A stretch of DNA of 64,000 bases. Origin: Okamejei kenojei. Its lineage: Eukaryota. Under the pieces are notes generated by a model, which did not search any database, was not told where the DNA came from, and saw only the letters and a list, made by a program, of their open reading frames with translations. Shown one piece after another: positions 50,101 to 61,722 of the stretch. The stretch spans positions 33,976,001-34,040,000 of the forward strand of contig CM069151.1 in the NCBI GenBank assembly GCA_035221665.1, read 5' to 3'. Position 1 is the stretch's first letter. Each line of letters opens with the position of its first letter. The translations under genes and the position numbers were made by a program.

Positions 50101-53100
50101 GCAGAGCCATTTCTCTCTGTTGTGACTGGCTTGCCGGATGATCAACAGAGATCTCTAACATTTGCTCATTATTCTGAGCCACAGAAACAACATCCTTTCA
50201 AAAAGAAAACACAGACCAATGGAAAGCTCGGCAAACACAGCAATGTCCGTAATCACCCCTGCCCCATATCCAGCCTTTAAAACATTGTCAGACTTCCCCT
50301 GTGGGCCATCAATCAATGTCCATCAGCTCCCCTTTGCCTTGGTTATATATTGTGATAGCGAGGTTGGGTGAAATTCCTGTAATTTGTACTGCACCAAATC
50401 CAAAGCCTTTAAAGGGTTTGGTGCTCACAGCTCACCATTCATCAGGTAGGAATGACAGGTGTAGCTATTTTTTATAACTTTTACCTTTCTGACTACCTTT
50501 TGTACCTATTTATGAAATTATATTGAGAAAGGTAAAGCAAAATCTCTTTGGTCTTCTAACAGTCCTATATTTCCATCATTTAGAAAAAAATAATGAACTC
50601 AGTATTCACCCATTGTGTGCATTTTTGGTCTAATTTGAGGAAGGACATTCTTGCTATTGAGGGAGTGCAGCGTAGGTTCACGAGGTTAATTCCTGGGATG
50701 GCGGGACTGACATATGATGAAAGAATGGATTGACTGGGCTTATATTCACTGGAATTTAGGATGAGAGGGGATCTTATAGAAACATATAACATTTTTAAAG
50801 GGATTGGACAGGCTAGATGCAGGAACAATGTTCCCGATGTTGGGGGAATCCAGAACTAGGGGTCACAGTTTAAGAATAAGGGGTAGGCCATTTAGGACTG
50901 AGATGAGGAAAAACTTTCAGCCAGAGAGTTGTGAATCTGGAATTCTTGGCAGAAGGCAGTTGAGGCCAATTCACTGGATGTATTCAAGAGAGAGTTAAAT
51001 ATAGTTCTTAGGGCTAACGGAATCAAGGGATATGGGAGAAAGCAGGGATGGGGGTACCGATTTTGGATGATCAGCCATGATCATATTGAATGGCTGTGCT
51101 GACTCGACAGGTCGAATGGTCTACTCCTGCACCTATTTTCTATGCCTCTATGAAATTCATTAGTCATGATTTTTCTGTTCACTTCATCTATTTGCCTTTC
51201 CGTATATGTTGTTAATCTTCCTGTGATCGCAGTCATTGATAATCATAATCAACACTTGTGACCACATGTAGGTGTTGGTGAACCCCAGCCAGTTACATCT
51301 GGCCACCCTGGACATCTGTCACAAAAATAGTTCACTATTTCTCCCACTATTTGTGTGTTACAAACCTTAACCATGTAGGTGCAGAAATTTCATTTTGATG
51401 TTACTTGTCAATAATTTTTAAGTTTCTGTTTTTAGTTACTGCCCAAATTACCAGAACATATAATTGTTCCTTGTAAAACCGCTCATAATTTTGTGTCGCT
51501 CTTTACGGTCTCCCCTGTCTTCCTCTGGATCCATGGAATTCTCAGTTTTATGGGTACACTGTGATGTAAAAACAAGATATCCTGGAAATATTTGACAGGT
51601 CAGGCACCTCCCCCCCGAGCTGGGCAAGTGAGGAAAACAAGTTTGTTTTCAGCAGGATTGGAGGGATGGGGAAAACATAGGAAATACAATTAATATGTTT
51701 GTAAATAGTTAATTGAAGGAATAATTTAATATAGGTCTTTAGTTGTTACTAGTATGGGTTTGCTATTTATTTTTGGAAGGAGTGTGTGAATACCTTTAAG
51801 AGCTACATGGTATAACTCTAGATGTTTTGTTGTACCAGCTACTGTTCAATACTATCTGCGTTCAATGAAGTGTTGAGAGCAAAGATCCTATAGCAAGCAA
51901 GATAGTCCACTCGACGAAAAAGACAGTAGGGTCCAAAGGATCTTTGGTTGAGTGAGCAGGTGAGTGGAGGAACAGGTTTAAAATCCAGCTGTTGGCATCC
52001 CAGAATGACTGCACCTTGTGGTGTATAAAAGGAAGGCAGGTAATAGCGGAGTGGCCTATTGGGAGTGGGTATGTTGGGAGAGGCTGTGTGTTGAAGCTTA
52101 GTGCTTTGTTGTGGGGAAGGGTAGAGACTTTGGCTTGTGAGGCTTTGGCAAGGAGGCTGAAGGTAAAATAAGGTGGGGTTTTTTTTCTCGCAAGTTCATC
52201 CAGTGGCAGTGCAGAAAGAAATGACAGTTAGACCATTGGTGCTGTCCTCCTGCAGGATGTTGAAAGTCAGGGGGACTTCCAGTGTTCCTGACACCACACC
52301 TGTGGGGAGTGTGTACATCTGCTGCTCCTGACTGACTGTGTGAGGCAACTGGAGCTGTGGCTGGTGACCGAGAGTGTCATAGATAGGAGTTATAGTGAGA
52401 TGGTCACACCTAAGGTGCAGGCAGAAAGTAAATGGGTCACTATCAGAAAAGAGAGTTGGTAGATAGCGCAAGAATCCCCTCTAACCATTCCCTTGAAAAC
52501 AAGTATACCCTTTTAGATACTTTTGGGGCGATGACCTTTCAGGAGAGAGCAGCAGCAGCAGTCAGATCGTGGATTTAAGGCACAGTGAGGAAGAGTAAAG
52601 TAATGGAGAGCAATATTAGTAGGAGACTAATTAGTTGGACGATTCTGTGACCACAAACAGGACTTCAGGATGGTGTGTGGCATTGGCCTCCCGGGTGTCA
52701 GGGTCCAGGATGTCTTGCAGATGCAGAACATTCTCAAGGAGGAGGGGGAGCAGCCAGACGTATCAGGGAGGAGAGTGAGCAGCTGAAGTTTGAATGTAAG
52801 GGGAAAGTATGTTGATTAAGTAGACCAATCTATGTTTGGTTTACCAAATAGCAATATAAAAAATATCCATGGATGCTTCAGTGATGTTCTCTGTAGACTA
52901 ATAGCTTGAATACCAAACAATATCATCCCATTTTCCATTGCAGTAGAACATTGTGAAGCTGGCCAAGGGAATATTGAGGAAGGTTAGATCATCACATCCC
53001 AACCTCTGTTTGAGCATCCTACATGTTGTGAGACAATGGGAGACAACCGAAAGAAGGTAGATGATGGCAACAGATGTACGAACCTGCCAACAATATGGGA

Positions 53101-56100
53101 TCAGATACCCTGGATGAAGGCCATACCAGATATGGCAGCAGGATGTGGCGATTTGATTCCTACCATAACCCAGATCATACGAGGTTATAATGGAGGATTA
53201 TAATGGTTATAAAAATCATAGCTATACAGCACAGAAACTGGCCCTATGGGCCAAATTATCCTTGCCAACCAAGGAGATCGTAAAAAATGAATGCACAATG
53301 AAAGAGCTCCTGTTTTTGAACCCTGCTCTAAAGATAATACTATTTGCACAATCTGGGGCCACATGATTTTGTGCATAACAAAACCCACAGTTACAGTTGC
53401 GTTAACATCCACATGGCTACAATTTCCCTCAGTGCCTTGCTTTTTAGTTTTTTGGCAATTTGTAAGTTTAGACTAAATGTAAGGGGGCTTGCTAAAGCAG
53501 TCTGCAGACAATGAAAGATTAGCCATGTCGTTGACAGTGTGGGCATCCTCATAGGTATCTGCATCCTCTTCACTGCAATCTCACCTTCCCTGTGATGCAG
53601 TGATCAGAACCTTGTGTCATACTTAAGGTGTGGCCTTACTAGTTTTGATTTAACCTCTTATATTTTATACTTTGACTAATAAAGATAATCATCCCAAATG
53701 CCTGTTTAACCACCTTATTGATGTGTCTTGCTGCCATTAATGATCTGTAGTCATATATTCAAAGGTCCTACTGCTCTCCACATCGCTCAATATCCTCACA
53801 TTATTATGTACTTCTTTGCCTGATTGCATTACTTTAGCCTGGACTTTTCTGGATTATATTCCATTGTCCAGCTTCATGTATGACCGACCAGACCATCCAT
53901 TGCCTCTTGCAGTTTGAAGCTTTCCTCCTCACAGTCAACCACATGACATATTTGCACTGTCTGCAGACCTCTTTCATCATGGCCCCTATATTTAAGTCTA
54001 AAGCTTTTGCAAATTGCCAGGGGGAAAAAAAACAAGGAACTGAAGACCGAGTACCATGGAATCAACTGTGAATGGTCATCTCGTCATATTTCCTGCATTC
54101 TTTAAACTTGGCAACTCATTGGAAAACCTGTTATATTACTATATACCATGTGAAAAGAATGAAATAGAAATATGCTAGATAATTAATAAGAGTAACATGT
54201 AATAGTCTGCTAATCTGTCACCAACAGTGTCTTGACTATGCCAGAAGATCAGTTTTATTGTATCACCCTTAACAATTGCAATCACCTGCTGTTTCAGTTG
54301 TGGCTACACAGCTTTGCATGAAACTTGCCAGTGACTCAGTAAGGGAATGGTTCATCAAATTTGAAGCTTCTCTTTTGTTCAATAAAAAACCTTTGGTTTA
54401 AACTATTGCTCGTTTTCTAGTATCTTAGGGAGTTAGTTGTACTGAGGTTCAACCTCTTCTTCTGTGTTATTTTAATATTGCTTCTACCTCTTTACTGTGC
54501 CAGATTACAAAGCTGAACCTAGCTGAGGTACTTGATATTGACTGCGCAATTAATTCTCATCTCTACCAGCAGGGCTGGGTGGGGGGCAGGTTTCAACAGA
54601 TGAATGCTTCATGTTACTGTGATCACGGTGTGACAAAGCCTTGTGGTCGGAAAGCTCTCGTGGGGATACACAATGCAGATATTTGTTCTCACCAGCTCTC
54701 CAGACTTTGAATCCGCCTCCTCCAGGTGTCGCTGATCCCTCACCAAGCCCCCTTCTGCTTCACATGTCCCACTCTTGACTTTTGCTGAAGCTTCAATTGG
54801 AATCCCCAGATCCATTTTTGGAATCCCCAGATCCATGTTTTCTGGATAACCAACACAAATCTCCTCCAGCTCCTCCAATTTGTGCACCTCAAGGGTTGGT
54901 TCCTTTAAGAAAAGAAACAGAAGATAATATGGAGGCTCGTGGATCTCAGCACAGTCGTGACTTTCACTTAACATCAAGAAATCACAACGCCTTTTCTTGA
55001 GCGGACTTTACTCAGCACTCCACCCCCCCCACCCTATCTGTTCAGAATAGTCTCCACTGGACTACACGGCATATACAGATGCACACAAAATGATCCAATT
55101 CTATGTGGAGGGAACAGGCCAGTCAGTACTATTGGGACAACGGATGGACAGGCAACAGTGGCCCATAAATGTCAGAGTCCAACAATGAGTCACGTTCTAG
55201 CAATCAAACCACTCCCAGCTTCTCACCAAATATCTCAAACCAATAGATAGGTATGTTACAAAACTTACCTTTAGCGGTGCTACAGTTTTGTCACTGGCCG
55301 TGTGCGCGACTTTGGCGCCTTTGAGGGGCGGGGGACGGGGTTAAAATGCGGTTTTCCCTTGCCACCCGGAATTATATTTTCTCGGAGTGCGAGTTTTTTC
55401 TGGAGATTCGTTCCGACTGCCGGTAAGTGATTTTTTTTTTTAAATCGCCCGACTATTTCAGCGCTGCAGTAAAATAAAAATTAGCTCCTAATGCCGTGAA
55501 CGCCGATAACGGGGACCGATTTTACGTAGGGGACAGGTAAATTGAAAGCTGTTTATTTTTTCATATAAACTTGCTTGATTAGATGACCTTAATCAATATT
55601 TCATGTTGTGAAACGGTGATTTATTCCCCATATGAACCGGCAGTGTTTTTCCTGCCGATATTGGGTTTAAATTCACCGCAACCGCAACGTTCCAATCCAT
55701 CGCGTTCCATAAAATTGTACTCGCAAGCTGTTTAAAATGCCCATTAATTTACGGGTATTAAACACTAAATTCCTTCAATTTGGCCTATAAATTCATAACA
55801 ATGAGATTTAAAAATCATGTTATATTGTGAATTCTTGTGTGAATGTTATTTGGACACTTAGGCTTAAACAAAATGTTCATATTTTCTTAAGAAATGGATA
55901 GATGTTTAGATCTAGTAATTGAATTTTGTAATTTGCTACAATTGGGTAACTAACTAATTGTATGCTTTAATTTCAGATCATCCAAGTAAGATTGTTTCCT
56001 ATTAGTTTCAGAATGCTTCAATCTATAATAACTGAACATTTCTTTTGGTTCTCTTAATTTTTAAGAAAGTTATGGGCTTTTGACTGTCCTCGATCACAAC

Positions 56101-59100
56101 CTTTGTGTTAAGTCAATGGAAAAGCAATAGGGGACAAGATGCTAATATCCGAGTATGAAAATGGCCATAACCTTTTTAAATATTGAAGATATGAAAGTGA
56201 ATTAGGTGCCAAATTAAACTTCTTTTTATGCTTTATCTGATGGGATAAATTGCAGACTTGATTTTTAAAATCTCAAAATTTTGTAACATTGCTACAATAG
56301 GCTTTCTGCTCCTGAGAGTGCAGACTCTCTCCCCATCCCATGAAAGTGTCTATTCTCTCCCCCCGTGACTTTCTTCCCCCTGCTGAAGGTGCTTTTGCTC
56401 TCCCCTCCCTGGAGGTACTGACTCCCCCCTCTGCCAAAGGTGCATTCTCTCCCCTCGTTCTCTCTCACTTCGTAGGGCTGCTGGCTCTCTCTTCCTCCCT
56501 GCTTGGATATGAAGCCGCTGACTCTTACCCCCTCCCCTTTGCAGTGTTCATTCCCTGGGCCTGGAGCTGGTGAGTTTTGAACCTGGCATTTGTTACTCTG
56601 ACTCTGAGAATGATTACAGTATGGCAGGTGGTCAACTGGCTCATCAGGTCCATGTTAGAGCAATCTAGCTAGTCATGCTTTCCAACTCTCTCCCCATTGC
56701 CTTGTTAATTTCCTTTTGGATCCTCATCCAGCTCCCTTATGAATGGTGTAATTGAATCCACCTCCATGATCATCCCTGGTGATGCACAACCCTCTCCACT
56801 TGCAGTTGTAAGAAACATTTTCCTCAATATGTAGGGTTCCTGGAGATTTCAATGAGAACTCCAGGCCATTCAAATCTGTGCCCACAACCTCAGGACTCAC
56901 AGGGTCCAGGAAGCAGGCTTCATTTGGTGTATGTGCATGTGACACTGGGGTCTTGTGCAGCACTCCTGGAATTTGTAGCCTGGAAGTTTTGTGTGCCTGT
57001 TCACGGGAAAGTTCCCTGGCATGGAGTCCAGAATACTCATCGAAGGAGCTTGATGCTGATCTGCCATTAATGAGGGGGCTAGACGAAGTCTTAGTGAGAA
57101 GGCAACAAACAAGGCCACCTTGCTCGAAGGAGGAACTGTGATGGGTGTGAGAAAACCCAGGATGTACTTTCCAGAGATTTGGCCTAGATTATTTGTATTT
57201 GCATTAATCCCAACTCAGCCAACTCACCTGTGGCAATGGAAAGTTGTCCAGAGTTGGTACAGTTATTTCACTGGATTTGATGGCATCACCTCTAACAGCA
57301 GATGGTTTAACCTTGCAGATGTCCAACACAACTCCATTATCCATGTTGTCATGCACCGAAACATCAGCAGATTCCAGACCCTGCCCTGTCAGATACAAAA
57401 AGTCATGTGTTTAAACAATGCCTGGACAGACCCTCGCATGGAATGCACCGATAGAGGAGCAAGTCAGTGCCCATTCTCTGCTCCTGCATTCTTCTTCTTC
57501 TTCTTGCGTATGGCGTGCACAGCCTAAAGTTGTAGGACAACTTGTTCTATTTGATTGTGCACGCCAGGTTGATTGCATTCGTTGAAACAGGGCCTTCCCA
57601 CGTGAAAGTTGCAATCTCCCACCCTCTCCTGCATTCCATGACCCCTGTCCCCTTTCCATGCCAAACTGACCCATTTTCCAACTCTCAGAACCCATCTTTA
57701 ATAAACATGTAAGAACAGAGGAGATAGAAGCAGGGATAGGGTGGCTTCTTATATCATTCAGCCATTGAATGATATAAGAAGCCATTATATCATTCAGTCA
57801 TTATATCATTAAATCATTCAGTAAGAGCATAACTGATCTTTTACCTCAATACTATTCTCCAATGGCTGAACCTCCACAATTATCTTGGGTGAAAATCCCA
57901 ATTATTCACTATCCCACGGGTGAAGAAGTTTCTTCTCATCTCAGTATGTAATGGGCAACTCATTACCTCTAATCTGAGCCTTTGTTCCAGACCCCTTTGT
58001 TCTCTGGACACTCCACTTCCCCAGTCAAGCCCCATGACAATTTTCTACTTTTCACTGAGATCACTCGTTCCTCAAAACTCAAGTCTAATGCAGGATGCTC
58101 AATCCCTCGTTCGGATAGATAATTTCATCTTTTTACCCTAATCATCAATCTGGTAAATCTGCACTACATGCCTTTGATCACAAGTATATCAGTCCTTGGG
58201 TAGGAAGACAATATTCCACTCTCATTTTCACTTGGACAACTTAAAAATTCAGCTGGATATTCTTACTGTCATATTCATATCCCCTGAACACCAATACTTT
58301 TCAATATCTTATTGTATAAAATAGACTTTTTTTTAATACTAAAGAAGGCAAATATGTCCTCAGCTTTTCACTTAGTCAGCCTAAACCTCTCAAAGTCTAT
58401 TGTATCCCACTTACAGCTCACACTTCCACCTAGCAATTTGGGTTAAATTACACTTGGTTCTCTCAACAAAACAATTGATAAAGATTGTGAACAGATAGGT
58501 GCCCAGCACAGATCTTTGTGGCATCTCACTAGAGAAACAGCCATGTATTTCAAGGGGCTGGCTGAAGTTAGAAGAAGGGTCCCGACCCAAAACTTCACCT
58601 ATCCATGTTCTCCAGATATGCTGCCTGACCCACTGAGTTACTCCAGCACTAAAATGTTAATCCACAGATTCTCCTTTCAAACTTCAGGTCTCTCCCTAAT
58701 CCACAAGCGACTGTTATGATGCAGCACAGAAACTTTAAGGATTAATAGGGATTAATCTTAACCTCCTTGGCAGACTCAGTGACGTGCTAGTAGTGGTTGA
58801 ACCCACAGGTATCATCCCAGAACTAAGAGGTCCAACACCTGCTCTGTTACGTGGAAATATCTCAAAGATGGACGAAGAAAGGATAGAGAGGCAGAAATCG
58901 AGGGAGGTTCAGAAAAAGGTGACAGAGAAAGGAAAATAATGAAAAAGGTGAGAGAACAGAAGAAGAAAGAGAGGCAAGCAGAAAGAGAGGTGGAGAAATG
59001 TCAATTTGGTTACGAGAGCTAAGTGTGTGCATGAGTATTGTCTCGCCTTCATGTATCATGGAACTCGGTGAATAGTTGTGATCACAAATTAAATTCTTGT

Positions 59101-61097
59101 GATCATGGATTGAGAGGGAAATGAAGGTAAAAAGAGTTAGAAGAAGAAAGAGATGAAAATAAAAAATTTAGGGGAGACGTACATGAAGAGAGTGTGTGGG
59201 TGTGGAGGTGGGAGGGTGGGAGAGAGAGAGAGAGAGAGAAATGTGATTAACGACATCTTGCCATGTTTCGAGAGCTAATAAAAAAAAACAAAGAGTGCGA
59301 GGGTCAGGGTGAGGCAAGGTATGTCTGATCTGTGATACACAGGTATATTGTTCGGGTGCGGCTAACAAAACATAACCCAGACCTCTTGGAACTACTCAGC
59401 CCTCACATCTCTGCTCTCAACCATCATGCACAACTCCGTCTCCATCTCCCAAATTTGTTTCATTCCAATTCTAATTCCCAGCTCATCCCAATCTTCAAAT
59501 CTTTTGGCATTTCTACCACATCCTCAACATTCTCAGTTCCATCCCTATCCTCATATCCAGCTCAATATTCAACTTAATCTTCACCTCTATCCGACTTCGA
59601 CGTCTATCCACTCTATTCCCATCTCCTTTACTATTCTTATCTTTACTCCCTATTCCAACTTCCCATAATAGTGAACTCCACAATGATCTAAATCTCCTTC
59701 CTCATCTCTAATCTCTACTTCATGTTCATCCCCATATTCATTTTTAGCTTTATACCCAGGACCCTTACCACTCTGATCAACGTCCATCTCTGGTGTAACT
59801 AGCTCCAGGAACATGACTGTCAGGTTGTTATAGTGCTGGTTGTTCTGCCAGTCATCGTGTAGTGAGCAGTAAGTGCTAACCAGGTCATTCGTAAACTGAA
59901 ACAAAATATATAATGGGGTTGAGAGCATAAGCAGTTGTAGAGTATAAGTTAACCAATATAGTGAATCCAGAGCAGTGAATCACAATTTAGAGTTGCTGAT
60001 AGTGAACCCACTGTACAACTAATCACAGTTCAGCCCCCAATAATGAACCCCAAGACCCATTATAGTAAAACACAGTTCAGAGACCACAATGATAAATTTC
60101 AATATATGGATCTTGATATAACGTCCCCAACATGGTGAATCACAATTGAGAGACAATAGTTATGAAACTCAAAAAGAGATCTCAATGTAGTGAATCGCAA
60201 TTGAGGGACCCAACAATGAACCCCAGCACTGAGACCCTTACAGAGAACCCAACACAGTAACCAATTCAGTGACTCAATTCTGAATCCCAAAACAAAGAAT
60301 CCAAATAAATGAACCTCGATACAGTGAACCGCAAAAGAGGGAACTCAAAGTAAATCCATTTTGGTGAATTCCCATAGAGGGCAGGGAAGTGATTTGACAA
60401 GTATCCAGATGTCCAAAAATGTACGTTTGAATCCTACCACGATAATCGGGGAATTTAAATTGAGTTAATTCAATACATCTGGAATTAAAAGGCAATACTA
60501 GTTATCAGTAAGGGTGACCATGAATCTAGTAGATACTTACAATGTCATGCAGGGAAGAAATCTACTGTCCTTACTTGGTCTGACCTACATGTAAGTCAAG
60601 ATCCATCAATGTGGTTGACTTTTAAATGGTAGTTTGAAATGGACCAGCAAGCACTCGGTCCAAGGGGCACATAGCAATGGACAGAAAATGCCAGCCTTAA
60701 CGCCAAAGCTCATCATCTATGAATTAACAAAATTCTTAACACATTAAAACCTAATACAGGTAACCCTGTACAGAGCCTCCAATTTACACTCCATGCATGG
60801 AACCCAATACAAGACAGAGAGCCCAGTATGCACCACAATAAATAAATCTTATTGCAGAGAATCTAATGCAAAGAACCACAACACAAATGCGTCAGTCCAG
60901 AGGCAGCACACATTTCTCACCTGTCCCTCCATCTGTTGGGTCAGTTCCTGGACATTGGCCAGTTGCATGAGCTGCAGCTCCATGAGCCCCACGATGGCTG
61001 GGCTTTGCCTCCTTGGCTGCACTGTGGTCTCCTTCCTTTCCCAGTACAGGACAAAGGCTTTCTCCAAGAGACTGAGCTGAAGATCACTTTTCTCACT
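41025..61097 (-). CDS. Uncharacterised multi-exon gene, 3' ten exons (about 504 aa visible; 5' end beyond window)
   Basis: Ten GT-AG exons with pyrimidine tracts chain in matching phases without a stop (1515 nt including TGA); charged helical C-terminus. Confidence 0.85.
41870..41958 (-). CDS. Unnamed gene exon I (0-2)
   Basis: gtcccgcattag|[29 protein letters not shown](R)|gtagga. Confidence 0.85.
45040..45141 (-). CDS. Unnamed gene exon H (0-0)
   Basis: tcttctcctctcatccag|[34 protein letters not shown]|gtgaga. Confidence 0.85.
45998..46141 (-). CDS. Unnamed gene exon G (0-0)
   Basis: ttttggtgtgtag|[48 protein letters not shown]|gtgagt; alternative acceptor at 46131. Confidence 0.8.
48024..49852 (-). 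mobile_element. 5'-truncated CR1 LINE (ORF2 reverse transcriptase, frameshifted)
   Basis: ORF 49045-49761 KSPGPD..HPRVLKE...[13 protein letters not shown]...[13 protein letters not shown]...[10 protein letters not shown]; C-terminal ORF 48115-48486; CR1 ATTCTATG-type tail. Confidence 0.95.
49994..50173 (-). CDS. Unnamed gene exon F (0-0)
   Basis: tttctgtggctcag|[13 protein letters not shown]...PELKSRDS|gtgaga. Confidence 0.72.
50612..51152 (+). mobile_element. CR1 LINE 3' fragment, inverted relative to 48024-48570
   Basis: [34 protein letters not shown]; ends cctgcacctattttctatg. Confidence 0.92.
51880..51946. mobile_element. 67-bp MITE with CAAAGATCC termini and 8-bp TSD (P-element-like)
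   Basis: CAAAGATCC...GGATCTTTG flanked by gttgagag / gttgagtg. Confidence 0.7.
51955..52765 (+). mobile_element. CR1 LINE 5' UTR/ORF1 remnant
   Basis: Degenerate Cys-rich ORF1 start (tcctcctgcaggatg...tgtggggagtgtg) and esterase-like segment (GD..., ggtgtg..ctcccgggtgtcagggtccaggatgtc). Confidence 0.65.
54693..54902 (-). CDS. Unnamed gene exon E (0-0)
   Basis: tttcttttcttaaag|[14 protein letters not shown]...[13 protein letters not shown]...DSKSGEL|gtgaga. Confidence 0.75.
55248..56294. mobile_element. Non-autonomous DNA transposon (about 1.05 kb), hAT-like termini
   Basis: Imperfect TIRs TAGGTATGTTACAAAACTT vs TAGCAATGTTACAAAATTT; flanks caataga / caatagg. Confidence 0.8.
56901..57089 (-). 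CDS. Unnamed gene exon D (0-0)
   Basis: ccttctcactaag|[19 protein letters not shown]...NEACFLDP|gtgagt; acceptor less certain. Confidence 0.65.
57228..57385 (-). CDS. Unnamed gene exon C (1-0)
   Basis: tatctgacag|(G)[15 protein letters not shown]...TLDNFPLPQ|gtgagt; only this frame is open. Confidence 0.75.
57492..57625 (-). mobile_element. Short retroposon with (GAA)n tail and 11-bp TSD
   Basis: (TTC)n at left end; CTCCTGCATTC duplicated at 57481-57491 and 57626-57636. Confidence 0.75.
59769..59895 (-). CDS. Unnamed gene exon B (0-1)
   Basis: ttttgtttcag|[42 protein letters not shown]|gtaagg. Confidence 0.8.
59955..60360. repeat. Degenerate minisatellite-like tract
   Basis: Recurrent (a/g)tgaa(c/t)c..ca..gag(a/g)cc motifs with irregular period. 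Confidence 0.5.
60921..61097 (-). CDS. Unnamed gene exon A (phase 0-0)
   Basis: cttaccttcag|[23 protein letters not shown]...[21 protein letters not shown]|gtgaga. Confidence 0.8.
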
Positions 61098-61722
61098 CTG
61101 AAGGTAAGAGGTTCGTAATTCACACAATCATCAAAAACTCACATTGGCGAAAGCTAGTTGAGGCCTTGGTCTATCATGCCTCCATCCCTACCAGGGCTAC
61201 ATGCAGTTCTTTAATTGACCTTGGGGTGTTTGTGTCCTTTATCTATCCACTGCTCATTGCTTCTGTTGATACTGCACATCCTCATGTTCATTTCTGAATT
61301 GATAATAAAATTGAGCCCTTGGCTTACACTTCTCGTTTACTTTGCATTCACAGTCAGGATTTAAACATCACTACATTGTTCATCCTTTAGTTAGTCCTGA
61401 TTAGAATGAAGAGCTGACTGTTGACCAGACATTTTTAAACCCAGTCTCTGCGCACCAAGAAGTTAATCTTTTTGGCCCTTCTGCACTCACTAGAACTCTC
61501 GTACCTTGGCCACCAGTAATGGACACACTAATTCAGGCCAGAAGCAGTCCCTATATTTCAGGTGAACTTGCATTCAATTTTGTTGAAGTGAATGTTCACA
61601 CTGAGGCCACCCTCCCTATTGCCTTATGATACTATGATCATGTTAACCACACTAAATTCAGTACTGTAGCTCAAGGCTGGGCACCTATGATGGCCATTGG
61701 CCATTAGCAGTCACAGACCTGA

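Noticed and set aside
56835-57141. Plus-strand open frame with an acceptor-like site
   Set aside because: No partner plus-strand exons; it is the antisense shadow of exon D.
58762-58860. Candidate extra minus-strand exon after a long pyrimidine tract
   Set aside because: Weak acceptor and donor, and its only open frame cannot connect in phase to exon C without a stop.
39000-61700. KCP exons expected from human synteny
   Set aside because: No Cys-rich VWC/VWD/TIL-type exons found; the exons present encode an unrelated protein.
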